Source: Saprospiraceae bacterium (GTDB taxonomy: Bacteria > Bacteroidota > Bacteroidia > Chitinophagales > Saprospiraceae). Taken from it: DNA of 64,000 bases. This document shows positions 19,962 to 29,065 of the stretch, one piece after another. The position numbers were made by a program, and so were the translations under genes. The notes beneath the pieces were generated by a model that was not told where the DNA came from, searched no databases, and saw nothing but the letters and a program-made list of their open reading frames with translations. Numbering within the stretch: position 1 is the first letter of the stretch; the number at the start of each line of letters is the position of its first letter. The DNA lies in contig JAHDHW010000005.1 of NCBI GenBank assembly GCA_020631105.1, positions 26,926 to 90,925 of the forward strand, given 5' to 3'.

Positions 19962-20428
19962 AGGGCAACAAAAACTGTTTTGAGTTATTCTGTTTACAGT
20001 CTCTGTCAATTTACCATTGTAAACAGTGGTAAACCTGCAGGGGGGGTGAATCCATTCTTTACGAACAGACCAGGACCCAAGCTGGGCAGAAACATTTAAT
20101 CGGCCGTCTAAAAAGACGATTCTAAAACAGATCGAGATTGTGTAATCTTTTCGGTTGATGAGATTGCGATATGCAATACTTAGGGAAAGGCTTTTTTAGT
20201 AACCATTTCTTTCACCACAATACATTCTAGGGATAAATCTTTTTGGTGAAAGTGTGGCTGTGCTATGTCTCAAAGGTACAATATTATAGTTGTTTCTTTT
20301 ATACCCCGAACAGGGTAATTATCATATTAATTCATCTGTTATAAAATCAATTGTGTAATTCTTGTCAAAGATTCCTTCTTATATTAAATCACAACAAATA
20401 TTTAACATCATTTATAGTTAATAAAACG

Positions 20429-20436
20429 TATTTTTG
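20429..20436 (+). promoter_or_regulatory. Candidate Bacteroidota -7 promoter box (TAnnTTTG) for typA
   Basis: TATTTTTG lies 42 nt upstream of the typA ATG. No clear -33 TTTG element was seen. Confidence 0.3.
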
Positions 20437-20477
20437 CGCCTTGAAATTTTGAACGCATAAATACAAGTATATCTTTC

Positions 20478-22295
20478 ATGCAGAATTTAAGAAATATCGC
20501 CATCATTGCGCACGTAGATCACGGTAAAACTACCCTGGTAGACAAAATGCTTTACCATTGTAGCATCTTCAGAGAAAATGAAGAAAAAAAGGATCTTATC
20601 CTGGATAATAATGATCAGGAACGTGAGCGGGGAATAACCATCCTCTCTAAAAATGTTGCTGTTGATTATAAGGGTACTAAGATTAACATCATTGATACTC
20701 CTGGTCACGCCGATTTTGGTGGTGAAGTAGAGCGAGTACTCAATATGGCAGATGGTGTATTACTTTTAGTCGATGCTTTTGAAGGTCCAATGCCACAGAC
20801 TCGCTATGTACTGAGTAAGGCTATCGCGCTAGGATTAAAGCCTCTGGTAGTTATCAACAAAGTAGATAAGGAAAACTGTCGTCCTGAAGAAGTACAGGAA
20901 ATGGTCTTTGACCTGATGTTTAATCTCGATGCAACAGAAGATCAATTAGATTTTGCTACTGTATATGGTTCGGCGAAAAACGGCTGGATGGGACCTGACT
21001 GGAGTCAACCGCAGGAAGATATTTCATACCTTTTGGATCAAATCATCGAACACATCCCTGTCCCTAAAAAAGTGGAAGGTACACTACAAGTACAAATCAC
21101 CTCAATTGATTATTCAAACTATATAGGTCGGATCGCGATTGGTAGAGTTAGTCGAGGTACGATTAAAGGTACTCAACCAGCAAACTTAGTCAAGCGTGAT
21201 GGTAAAGTTGTCCGAACGAATATCAAAGAACTATACTCTTTCAATGGACTAGGTAAAGAAAAAGTGGATGCTGTTTACTGTGGTGACATCTGTGCAATCA
21301 GTGGCATTGACAACTTTGACATTGGAGACACCGTAGCAGATTTCGAAAATCCGGAAGGATTGCCTCCTATTACGATTGATGAGCCTACCATGAGTATGCT
21401 CTTCACTGTTAATAATTCTCCTTTCTTTGGTAAAGAAGGAGATTATGTAACAAGTCGCCACTTAAGAGATCGATTGTTCAAAGAATTAGAAAAGAACCTC
21501 GCTCTAAGAGTTGAAGAAACTGGTTCACCTGATTCTTATAATGTCTTTGGCCGAGGGGTTATGCACCTTTCCGTTTTGATTGAGACCATGCGCCGGGAGG
21601 GATATGAATTACAAGTTGGTAAACCAAAAGTTATCATTAAGGAAATAGATGGGGTCAAATCAGAGCCTATCGAGCTTTTATCTATCGACCTGCCAGAAAA
21701 TGTATCGGGCAAAGTTATTGAACTCACTACACAGCGTAAGGGAGAAATGACGGTGATGGAACCTAAAGGTGATCTTATGCACCTGGAGTTTGAAATTCCG
21801 TCAAGAGGGATTATTGGTCTGCGAAACTCTGTTCTTACCTTGACAGCAGGTGAAGCAACAATGTCTCACCGTTTTCTGAAGTATGATGCCTGGAAAGGAG
21901 AAGTTCCTTCTCGTAATAAAGGAGTACTCATTGTACACGAAACAGGTACTACGATTCCATTCGCCTTAAATAAACTACAAGACCGTGGTCGTTTCTTTAC
22001 GCCTCCAGGTGTAGATGTTTATGAAGGCCAGATTGTAGGGGAGCATAATCGTGAAAATGATCTGATGGTCAACGTAATCAGAACTAAGAAGTTGACTAAC
22101 ATGCGTTCTGCTGGTGCGGATGACAAAGTAAAAATTGCGCCTCCTATTATCTTCTCACTAGAGCAGGCAATGGAATACATCGATGAGGACGAGTACGTAG
22201 AAATCACACCAAAGGCAATTCGTCTACGTAAGATTTTGCTTAAAGAGCATGAACGTAAACGCGCAAACAACGGCAAGTTACCCGTTAATGTGTAA
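20478..22295 (+). CDS. typA: Translational GTPase TypA/BipA
   Basis: 605 aa. G1 [10 protein letters not shown]3 [15 protein letters not shown]4 NKVD. Collinear with TypA over its full length, with the typical C-terminal ...[10 protein letters not shown]. Confidence 0.97.
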   Translation: MQNLRNIAIIAHVDHGKTTLVDKMLYHCSIFRENEEKKDLILDNNDQERERGITILSKNVAVDYKGTKINIIDTPGHADFGGEVERVLNMADGVLLLVDAFEGPMPQTRYVLSKAIALGLKPLVVINKVDKENCRPEEVQEMVFDLMFNLDATEDQLDFATVYGSAKNGWMGPDWSQPQEDISYLLDQIIEHIPVPKKVEGTLQVQITSIDYSNYIGRIAIGRVSRGTIKGTQPANLVKRDGKVVRTNIKELYSFNGLGKEKVDAVYCGDICAISGIDNFDIGDTVADFENPEGLPPITIDEPTMSMLFTVNNSPFFGKEGDYVTSRHLRDRLFKELEKNLALRVEETGSPDSYNVFGRGVMHLSVLIETMRREGYELQVGKPKVIIKEIDGVKSEPIELLSIDLPENVSGKVIELTTQRKGEMTVMEPKGDLMHLEFEIPSRGIIGLRNSVLTLTAGEATMSHRFLKYDAWKGEVPSRNKGVLIVHETGTTIPFALNKLQDRGRFFTPPGVDVYEGQIVGEHNRENDLMVNVIRTKKLTNMRSAGADDKVKIAPPIIFSLEQAMEYIDEDEYVEITPKAIRLRKILLKEHERKRANNGKLPVNV

Positions 22296-22296
22296 A

Positions 22297-22397
22297 CATA
22301 AGTCATGAGTCATCTTTTCATAAGTCATAGGTCATGGAGGTACATCCCATCATGCCCCATGACTTATGACTCATGACTTATGCCCCATGACTCATGA
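22297..22397. repeat. Palindromic ATGACT[CT]ATG micro-repeat cluster; probable bidirectional terminator between convergent genes
   Basis: CATAAGTCATGAGTCAT (22297-22313) is the exact reverse complement of ATGACTCATGACTTATG (22366-22382). More copies of (C)CCCATGACT(T/C)ATG and AAGTCATAGGTCATGG lie between and after them, followed by an A8 run. Confidence 0.7.
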
Positions 22398-22459
22398 AAA
22401 AAAAGAGCCACACCTTTCGATGCAACTCTCACTTAGTGTCTCATAATATGTAGTGTGTT

Positions 22460-25042
22460 TTATCTGTGCAGTAGCAAATAGCCCGAGGCTATACTACCTT
22501 CTCCATTATCAAAGTAGTAGAAATAAGTGCCGTTAGGCAGATCCGTCCCTTCCCAGGTTCCATCCCAATTATTCTGATAGCCAATAGCATTAAAGATTTG
22601 ATTCCCCCAGCGATTAAATACACTTAGGGTATTATTAGGATATGCATAAACCCCTTGTATGACGAAGTAGTCATTAACTCCATCTCCATTAGGTGAAAAT
22701 CCATTATTAATTTCGAAAGACTCACAGGATACCTCAACGGTTACTTCCGCAGTATCACAACCAACCGAATTACAAATGAAATATTCAAAAGTATCCAGGT
22801 CAATGCTGCTACAGAATCCATTATCAGGTATATAAAGAATCTGATCATCGACCACTAATACTAATCCATTATCCGGCTCCGAAGCTATACCAATAGTGTC
22901 AAGGATTCCATTGATGGTATCATTCCCAAGTATATTGATTGTAACGTCAATGTCTTCTACTGTAAACACAAATTCATCATTCGCAATCGGTAGCGTATCA
23001 CCTGGTGGTTCTACAACCAACATGGTAACCGCAACATTAATATAAGTCGTATCACAAAATCCTAAATCATCACAAACTTCTATACAGGCTGATTCCGTTC
23101 CTTCTTCGATTCCTTCATAAATCACACAGACGTTGGCAGTATCCAATGAATATATTACTAATTCGCCGGCGTCTCCTTCACAGAAATTTACCATGCTCGC
23201 TACGTTCCCTGGCAATACGCTGGTATCCAAACAAACCGTATCTGTCTCTCCAGCAGTAATAGAAAGGTTGAGGGTATTAGGACTTAGACATTCTATTAGC
23301 CCTGAAATCGAATCCCTACATCCAGTAGCTAAGTGAACAAAAACCAAATCGTGATTGCCCACCGCTAAACTGAGGCCTGTTGAGTTATCACAATCCGTAA
23401 TGCTTCCGGTGTAAAGCGTAGCATTATCAAAAATTTCATAATCTCCTTGCGCTGAAAATGGTAGATCAACGCAAACCTCTGTTAATGCACTACAAGAAGT
23501 AGCAAGGTTCGAAAAAGTTTCAGCAGCAATAAAATCAGTGCATATAATAGGTGTACAATCAATAACTACATCTGTGGTATCACTACACATAGTAGTCATA
23601 TTAAATAGCACTAATTCATAACTTCCGGTATCTAATGTAATTTGAGTATTTGTAACCATACAGGCATCTACTATCCCACCGTAGGCATTATCATTAACAA
23701 TGATACTCCAGCTTAACAGCTCCGCAAAAGGTAAGCCCAGACAGATTGGAGTGATGGAATCACAATGATCAGCGGTCGCAAGAATCGGCGAATCATTAAA
23801 ATACTCCGGACAGGCTATACAATTGATTTCAAAATCAAAGCTTGCTTCACATTGATTACTATTATTAAGAAAAACGATATCATGAAATCCAGTATCAAGA
23901 CTTAGCTCAACACTAGTAATCGATGCCATTCCCTGAACCATTGCAGTCCCCGTCGCACCACCTACGATTTGTAGCAATTCAATATTACCATAGGTATTTC
24001 CGACCAGTCCACCACTAATCGTTTTATCACTAACATCTATCGTCCAATCTCCAGTTGGATCCCAAACATTCATGGAATCAACGAGTGTAATTACATCCGC
24101 AAATCCACCTAAAAAGACAGAACCATTGACACTCCAACTTTGCAACTGGTAAGGTCCGGCAGTCCCTCCTCCGGGAAGTGTAGAATAATCATAAACATAA
24201 AAACTATCGGTACTACAAGAAGGTAATGAACCTGAGTAAACTAATCCATTATCAGTGATTGTGTATTGAGAGAGTTCATCTGAAGTCAAATCCACACAGA
24301 TAACCTGTTGGTCATTACAATTATCTACTTCAAATACCTTAGGTCCGGAATAGACTTCAGGGCAAGCGATGCAATTGACCTGTACATCAACGGTATCTAA
24401 GCATCCATCATTAGGATCTAGAAAAATAATTTGATGAAACCCTGTATCGATGCTCATACTTGCACCTTTGGGATTAAGAGTCGTATTAAGGTTAATTGTT
24501 GCTGCTGTACCCGAGGCTATTTCTGTAAGTTCGATATTAGAATATAGCGAACTGGATATTCCGCCACGTATAGTAGTCGTTGCAACATCCAGCATCCAGC
24601 CCCCGCCAGGGTCCCAAAGGTTCATAGAGTCCGTAAGGGCGGCCATATCATTTACCAATCCCTGAAAATTCATACCATTTACACTCCAGCTATCAATTTG
24701 ATAAGGGCCGGTTCCAGCTCCTGGAATACTACTATAGGTATATGCAAAAGAAGTATCAAAATCACAGGGACTTATGGAGCCTGAGTAAGGCATTCCATTA
24801 TCTGTTATCGTATAACTAAGCATGTCGGCGATAGCTGCTTCTATACAGATGGTAGCTGAATTATTACAATTCACTATTGTAGTCTCGACATATGCCGTAT
24901 CTATAAAACTCATACACATTCCAGGCCGTTCCGCTTTGAGAGTGGATGCAAAAATTGCAAACCCTACAAGCAGCAAAAACGGTTGGAGGCGAATAATTAC
25001 CTCGAATAGATTTCGATTAGGGGGTCTATTCATGTAATACAA
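22460..25042 (-). CDS. T9SS type B (gliding-motility-associated C-terminal domain) surface protein with nested Cys-bounded modules
   Basis: C-terminus FSPNGDGVNDYF...SVFNRWGNQIFN...LPNGTYFYYF. It has two ~171-aa modules (each ending NCIACPE) and two short ~70-aa versions. The N-terminal hydrophobic segment is LQPFLLLVGFAIFAS. Confidence 0.9.
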   Translation of the reverse strand: MYYMNRPPNRNLFEVIIRLQPFLLLVGFAIFASTLKAERPGMCMSFIDTAYVETTIVNCNNSATICIEAAIADMLSYTITDNGMPYSGSISPCDFDTSFAYTYSSIPGAGTGPYQIDSWSVNGMNFQGLVNDMAALTDSMNLWDPGGGWMLDVATTTIRGGISSSLYSNIELTEIASGTAATINLNTTLNPKGASMSIDTGFHQIIFLDPNDGCLDTVDVQVNCIACPEVYSGPKVFEVDNCNDQQVICVDLTSDELSQYTITDNGLVYSGSLPSCSTDSFYVYDYSTLPGGGTAGPYQLQSWSVNGSVFLGGFADVITLVDSMNVWDPTGDWTIDVSDKTISGGLVGNTYGNIELLQIVGGATGTAMVQGMASITSVELSLDTGFHDIVFLNNSNQCEASFDFEINCIACPEYFNDSPILATADHCDSITPICLGLPFAELLSWSIIVNDNAYGGIVDACMVTNTQITLDTGSYELVLFNMTTMCSDTTDVVIDCTPIICTDFIAAETFSNLATSCSALTEVCVDLPFSAQGDYEIFDNATLYTGSITDCDNSTGLSLAVGNHDLVFVHLATGCRDSISGLIECLSPNTLNLSITAGETDTVCLDTSVLPGNVASMVNFCEGDAGELVIYSLDTANVCVIYEGIEEGTESACIEVCDDLGFCDTTYINVAVTMLVVEPPGDTLPIANDEFVFTVEDIDVTINILGNDTINGILDTIGIASEPDNGLVLVVDDQILYIPDNGFCSSIDLDTFEYFICNSVGCDTAEVTVEVSCESFEINNGFSPNGDGVNDYFVIQGVYAYPNNTLSVFNRWGNQIFNAIGYQNNWDGTWEGTDLPNGTYFYYFDNGEGSIASGYLLLHR

Positions 25043-25825
25043 GTAATAATTTATGGAGTGATGAATGGAAAGGTCATGTTATCATATTATATTTTTTCAA
25101 AATTCGTACCAAAGAATGTTAGCAGTCCTAAAGGCTTTGACTAAGTCTTTGATCAGGGTATTTATAACGTTCAATGAAAAAGTAATCAGTTATCGATATT
25201 CAATAAAAGGGTACATAAAAGAAAATGGCTCCTTGAAAATCAAGGAAGCCATCTTTTGTAGTAGTAGTTGTGTGTGTATTGGGTGAATAATGCTTTGGGA
25301 AAATGAAAACCAATAATTATTTTTTAAAAAAGCTTTGTTACATTATTCTTTCCGCAGTGAAAATTTGTTTGGATTGAGACCCATAGGTCCCACCATTATG
25401 TTGGGTTAATATTAAATTTAATTTGTGTAGTTGGTAAATCGAGACAATTGTACCCTGTAGTAATTAATCACTACTTCTAAGTATTTAGTACAAAAGTTAT
25501 GAGAAGCAACTCAATAGTATGTGAGCGAAATAGAGTAAAAATTTTAAAGTTGCATTGCGGAGTTGTATCGGCGAATTTTTATGAGAGCATTATTCGTTAG
25601 ATACATTCACTCTGGAGCAAAGACTATTCCATGAAGGGGCCAATTCGTATACATTTACCCTAGTTGTTGTGACACAGAACAAGTAACATATTTGTATAAA
25701 AAATATGTTTTATCACCAATATTTATTCATTTATCCCCGATAAATCATATATTAAAGAAAAAATCTATACTAGTAAATAAAACGGAAAGGATTGATAAGT
25801 GACATTTCCACGGAAGAAGAAAAAT

Positions 25826-25852
25826 AAAAAAAGGGGCACGTATGCCCCTTTT
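25826..25852. terminator. Orphan symmetric (bidirectional-type) hairpin in a 1.2-kb non-coding gap
   Basis: AAAAGGGGCA-CGTA-TGCCCCTTTT, about 10 bp including the A/T extensions. It lies 400 nt beyond the CotH-like stop and 780 nt upstream of the type B protein start. Confidence 0.45.
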
Positions 25853-26251
25853 ATAAGCGAAGGTTGAATTATATAACAGTTGCTTTTTTAAAGTTGGTAT
25901 TCCTAAGTAATGATGCGTGTGCGTTTTTATCTTCGAAAAAATAAAAACATGAGAGCCTTGGCTTGCTGCAACTGTTTATGCCAAATACAAATATTGTTAC
26001 AATCTATTGATTGTTATTATCGTGAAATTAGCTTTGGAGGGAGCTATACAAGTATAGCTTTAATTAGCGTTAAACCAGAGTCATAAAACTCTAGCGGGGG
26101 TGCTTTGATTTCTTGGGAAAAGTAATTGAGATTTGAATGGGTATTAAGTTAAGTTCAAGTATTATGCCAAGGTGCGTAACTACTTATATATTAAGAATTA
26201 AACTTAACCCTATTTAAACCTTACAACTGAGCGCGTATACTGATTTGTGCT

Positions 26252-27877
26252 TTATTTGTTACATAAAACAATGCCTGATTTTATTTTTTCTTCATTAAAG
26301 TAGAAAACATACATAAGTCCATTATTCAAACCAGGAGGAGTATTCCAGATTATTCTATTCATTCCATTTGGATGTTCTGTATCTTCCAGCGTGCTTATAT
26401 AGCGGCCCATCATATCATAAAGCATGATTTTTACCTTCTCACTTTCCCGAACATAATATTCAAATGTTATTGGACCATCACTGGGATTAGGATATACAAT
26501 AGGATCAAAATAATCAGATGCTTCGTAAGGAATCTCGCGAAAATTTTCGAACTCCCCATCTAGCCATGCAAGCCTGTCCCATAGCCATTCTTCCATATAA
26601 TTCAAATCTGCCTCATAACTCCCGCCAATAAAAGCATTGGGCCAAACGTACTCTTCTAGTATTGGCCATCGGGTAAAATTTCTTTCTTGTGCTGCACCAA
26701 TCTCATTAACAAGTGAATCAATACAAGCCTGTAGACTTTCATTCGAAAAAATATCACTTCTTAAATACTCCCAGCGATCCTGCGCTTTTCCTCTAAAAGT
26801 AGTATCCTGTAATAATGGTGTCCACCAAAACGGGCGGAGCCAAAAATCATTGGGACAATAATCTTCATAATCTAAAACCCACCCTTGAGGACTTGGTCCC
26901 ATACAAAAGTCAACATTCCCAAATCCCAGATTAAAATCCCACACAGGGCCCATCTTTAATCTGCCATCAATGCTATCTCTGTCTTTGTACAAATAAGTAC
27001 TGATTCGATAGGCATCCACGTTTTTTGCAATTTCATTGATAATCATGTAATCAATAAAAGTATTTACATCTATGTATTTGCTGTAGCCATTTATGGGATC
27101 ATTAAATTGAGCACTCGACATGACTTCTTCAAATTCATCCATAAATCCCTGAATGTACTCAACCTGAGGAGTAGAGATGTCTCCAGGCTTTGGATAATGA
27201 AATTGGTAAAAGATCGTTTGCATACCGGTAGTACTTGGACGTTTCTTTGACACAAATCCATCATAGGTCCCCGCATTCGATTTATCAATTTTGAGAATAT
27301 AACCTCCGGTTAAATCATCACCTTCGTTTTCATCTGGGTTAAGGCGAGCAATGTCTACTCGGTCATTATCCCGTTTTATCTTTTCAAGCAGTAGGTAAAG
27401 CCCTCTATAATTTCCATTAATAACTACCTCACAGAATTTATAGCGAGGGGCATAATCCATTATTTTACCTGCAAGTTTATAGGCGAGCGCATTTCTAATG
27501 AGAGATTTATCTCCGAAAGGCGCATGAAGTATCCAATCATTTTCTACCGGTAAGCCTAACAAGGAAACGTTCGCATTTTCACCAAACTCATCTCTTGTCT
27601 CCAATGCGTATTGCTTCTTTGGATAAAGAAACTGAGAAGTAGAACCCCGGAGTTCTATTCCGATCTTACCATTATAATTATTGAATGAATCCGTCAATCT
27701 ATTCAACTGCCCCGGCCCATTATCAATAATTCCCATATCCGCTGTAATCTTGGGTTCATCCTGAATAATGAGCGAATTTGTATTGATTACTACAATCGGC
27801 AGGAATGAGCTATCCAGTTGCGCCCAAAGGAGCAATGGAAAAAATAATAACAAAAAAAGTGTATTAGCTTTTTTCAT
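26252..27877 (-). CDS. CotH kinase family protein with T9SS type A C-terminal sorting domain
   Basis: Signal peptide MKKANTLFLLLFFPLLLWAQ. Motifs LPIVVINTN...EPKITADMGII...GKIGIELRGSTSQ..PKKQYALETRD...NDWILHAPFGDKSLIRNALAYKL...CEVVINGNYRGLYLLLEKIKRD match CotH-family proteins as I recall them. C-terminus VYPNPSDGPITFEYY...IMLYDMMGRYI. Confidence 0.75.
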   Translation of the reverse strand: MKKANTLFLLLFFPLLLWAQLDSSFLPIVVINTNSLIIQDEPKITADMGIIDNGPGQLNRLTDSFNNYNGKIGIELRGSTSQFLYPKKQYALETRDEFGENANVSLLGLPVENDWILHAPFGDKSLIRNALAYKLAGKIMDYAPRYKFCEVVINGNYRGLYLLLEKIKRDNDRVDIARLNPDENEGDDLTGGYILKIDKSNAGTYDGFVSKKRPSTTGMQTIFYQFHYPKPGDISTPQVEYIQGFMDEFEEVMSSAQFNDPINGYSKYIDVNTFIDYMIINEIAKNVDAYRISTYLYKDRDSIDGRLKMGPVWDFNLGFGNVDFCMGPSPQGWVLDYEDYCPNDFWLRPFWWTPLLQDTTFRGKAQDRWEYLRSDIFSNESLQACIDSLVNEIGAAQERNFTRWPILEEYVWPNAFIGGSYEADLNYMEEWLWDRLAWLDGEFENFREIPYEASDYFDPIVYPNPSDGPITFEYYVRESEKVKIMLYDMMGRYISTLEDTEHPNGMNRIIWNTPPGLNNGLMYVFYFNEEKIKSGIVLCNK

Positions 27878-27924
27878 GCTTTATAATCAAATGGGAATAT
27901 TTAAAATAGAACTACCTAAGCTTT

Positions 27925-28974
27925 TTAGTAGGACAAGGTCTCATCTAAAAATACTTGCCCTTCCGTCCCTCTAACGCTAATCTGTAATTTAGGAAGCTCT
28001 GAAGACCAGTCAATTTCTAATAGCCCAAAGTTTCTTTTAATCACTAAGGAGCCTATCCGGTGTTGATTAGCTTCCTCCCCCGGACTACTCCAGGTGTGGG
28101 TAAGTCCGCTTGAGGTCAATTCGTAAATTGGATAATCTAAGCCATCGGGTTGAAATTTTGACAACTCCGCTATATGCCGATCTCCACTAAGAATTAATGG
28201 AAGGGCAGGCTTTGTTTTTTCTATCAGATCAAAAAATCGTTTTCGGGCTTTCGGAAAGTTCGCCCATTTCTCCCAGTAATGCTCTGCTGAAATCAATTGA
28301 ATACTGGAAGCAATAATATGAACCTGAGCTTTGCTGTCTGTTAACTCTTTCTCCAACCACTTCCACTGTTTTTCCCCTAGAACATCGCCGTCGACATTGG
28401 GTTTATACCGTTGTTTAGATAATAGGTCCGACTCAAGTGGATCTCGAAAATATCTGGTATCCAACAGGATAAATTTCACTTGCTTTCCGGGTTCACCAAT
28501 GGTATAGGATTGATAAGTTCCTTTTCGTTTGCGTACCGGAGCATTTTCAGGTACACCCAAAAAGTCAAGCATTAGTTTTTGGCTCTCTTCTTTTTTACGA
28601 TATTCTTTTCCGCCGTCATTTACGCCGTAGTCATGATCATCCCAGATACCAATAATTGGACTATGGTCCAACAGGCGCTGATACTCCGGGTGCCTTAATT
28701 GTTGATCATATTTAGCCGCCAGGACCGACATATCATAGGAATCCCCGTAGATATTATCCCCAAGCCAAACCCAGAGATTTGGATCAGTATCAACGATTGC
28801 AGACCAAATATCCTGCTCCTTTCCTTCATTATTGCAGGAGCCGAAGGCGATCCGGTTCAGCGTCACGTTAGTATCAATGAATACATCACGTTTCAATTGG
28901 ATTTTACCCTCAGGTGTTTTACATGCGCCTAAAAACAAGAGGCCTAAAAACATTAACAGTTTCTGCATAATCAA
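27925..28974 (-). CDS. PhoD-like (alkaline phosphatase D family) metallophosphatase, lipoprotein
   Basis: Lipobox LFLGAC. Motifs RIAFGSCNN...WVWLGDNIYGD...GIWDDHDYGVNDGGKEY...ILSGDRHIAE are typical PhoD/metallophosphoesterase motifs. Confidence 0.8.
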   Translation of the reverse strand: MIMQKLLMFLGLLFLGACKTPEGKIQLKRDVFIDTNVTLNRIAFGSCNNEGKEQDIWSAIVDTDPNLWVWLGDNIYGDSYDMSVLAAKYDQQLRHPEYQRLLDHSPIIGIWDDHDYGVNDGGKEYRKKEESQKLMLDFLGVPENAPVRKRKGTYQSYTIGEPGKQVKFILLDTRYFRDPLESDLLSKQRYKPNVDGDVLGEKQWKWLEKELTDSKAQVHIIASSIQLISAEHYWEKWANFPKARKRFFDLIEKTKPALPLILSGDRHIAELSKFQPDGLDYPIYELTSSGLTHTWSSPGEEANQHRIGSLVIKRNFGLLEIDWSSELPKLQISVRGTEGQVFLDETLSY

Positions 28975-29065
28975 TATAAGGTTGGAGTGAATATTTTAAA
29001 TTAAAATCAGAAATGATTAATTCCTTATGGAGCAGAAGCAAATCTCAGGATAATTAAAAGAAAAA

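Noticed and set aside
19990-20100. Possible cobalamin riboswitch, from GGTGAATCC on the plus strand and CCACTGT on the minus strand
   Set aside because: The two motif-like words are on opposite strands and in the wrong order, and no B12-box was found. I also could not match SRP, RNase P, tmRNA, TPP or c-di-GMP consensus elements by eye. The interval is kept only as an unclassified candidate.
25065-25286. 73-aa plus-strand ORF in the 1.2-kb gap
   Set aside because: It runs through a terminator-like hairpin, has an odd composition (a Cys/Ser-rich tail) and no motif. It more likely reflects AT-rich non-coding sequence.
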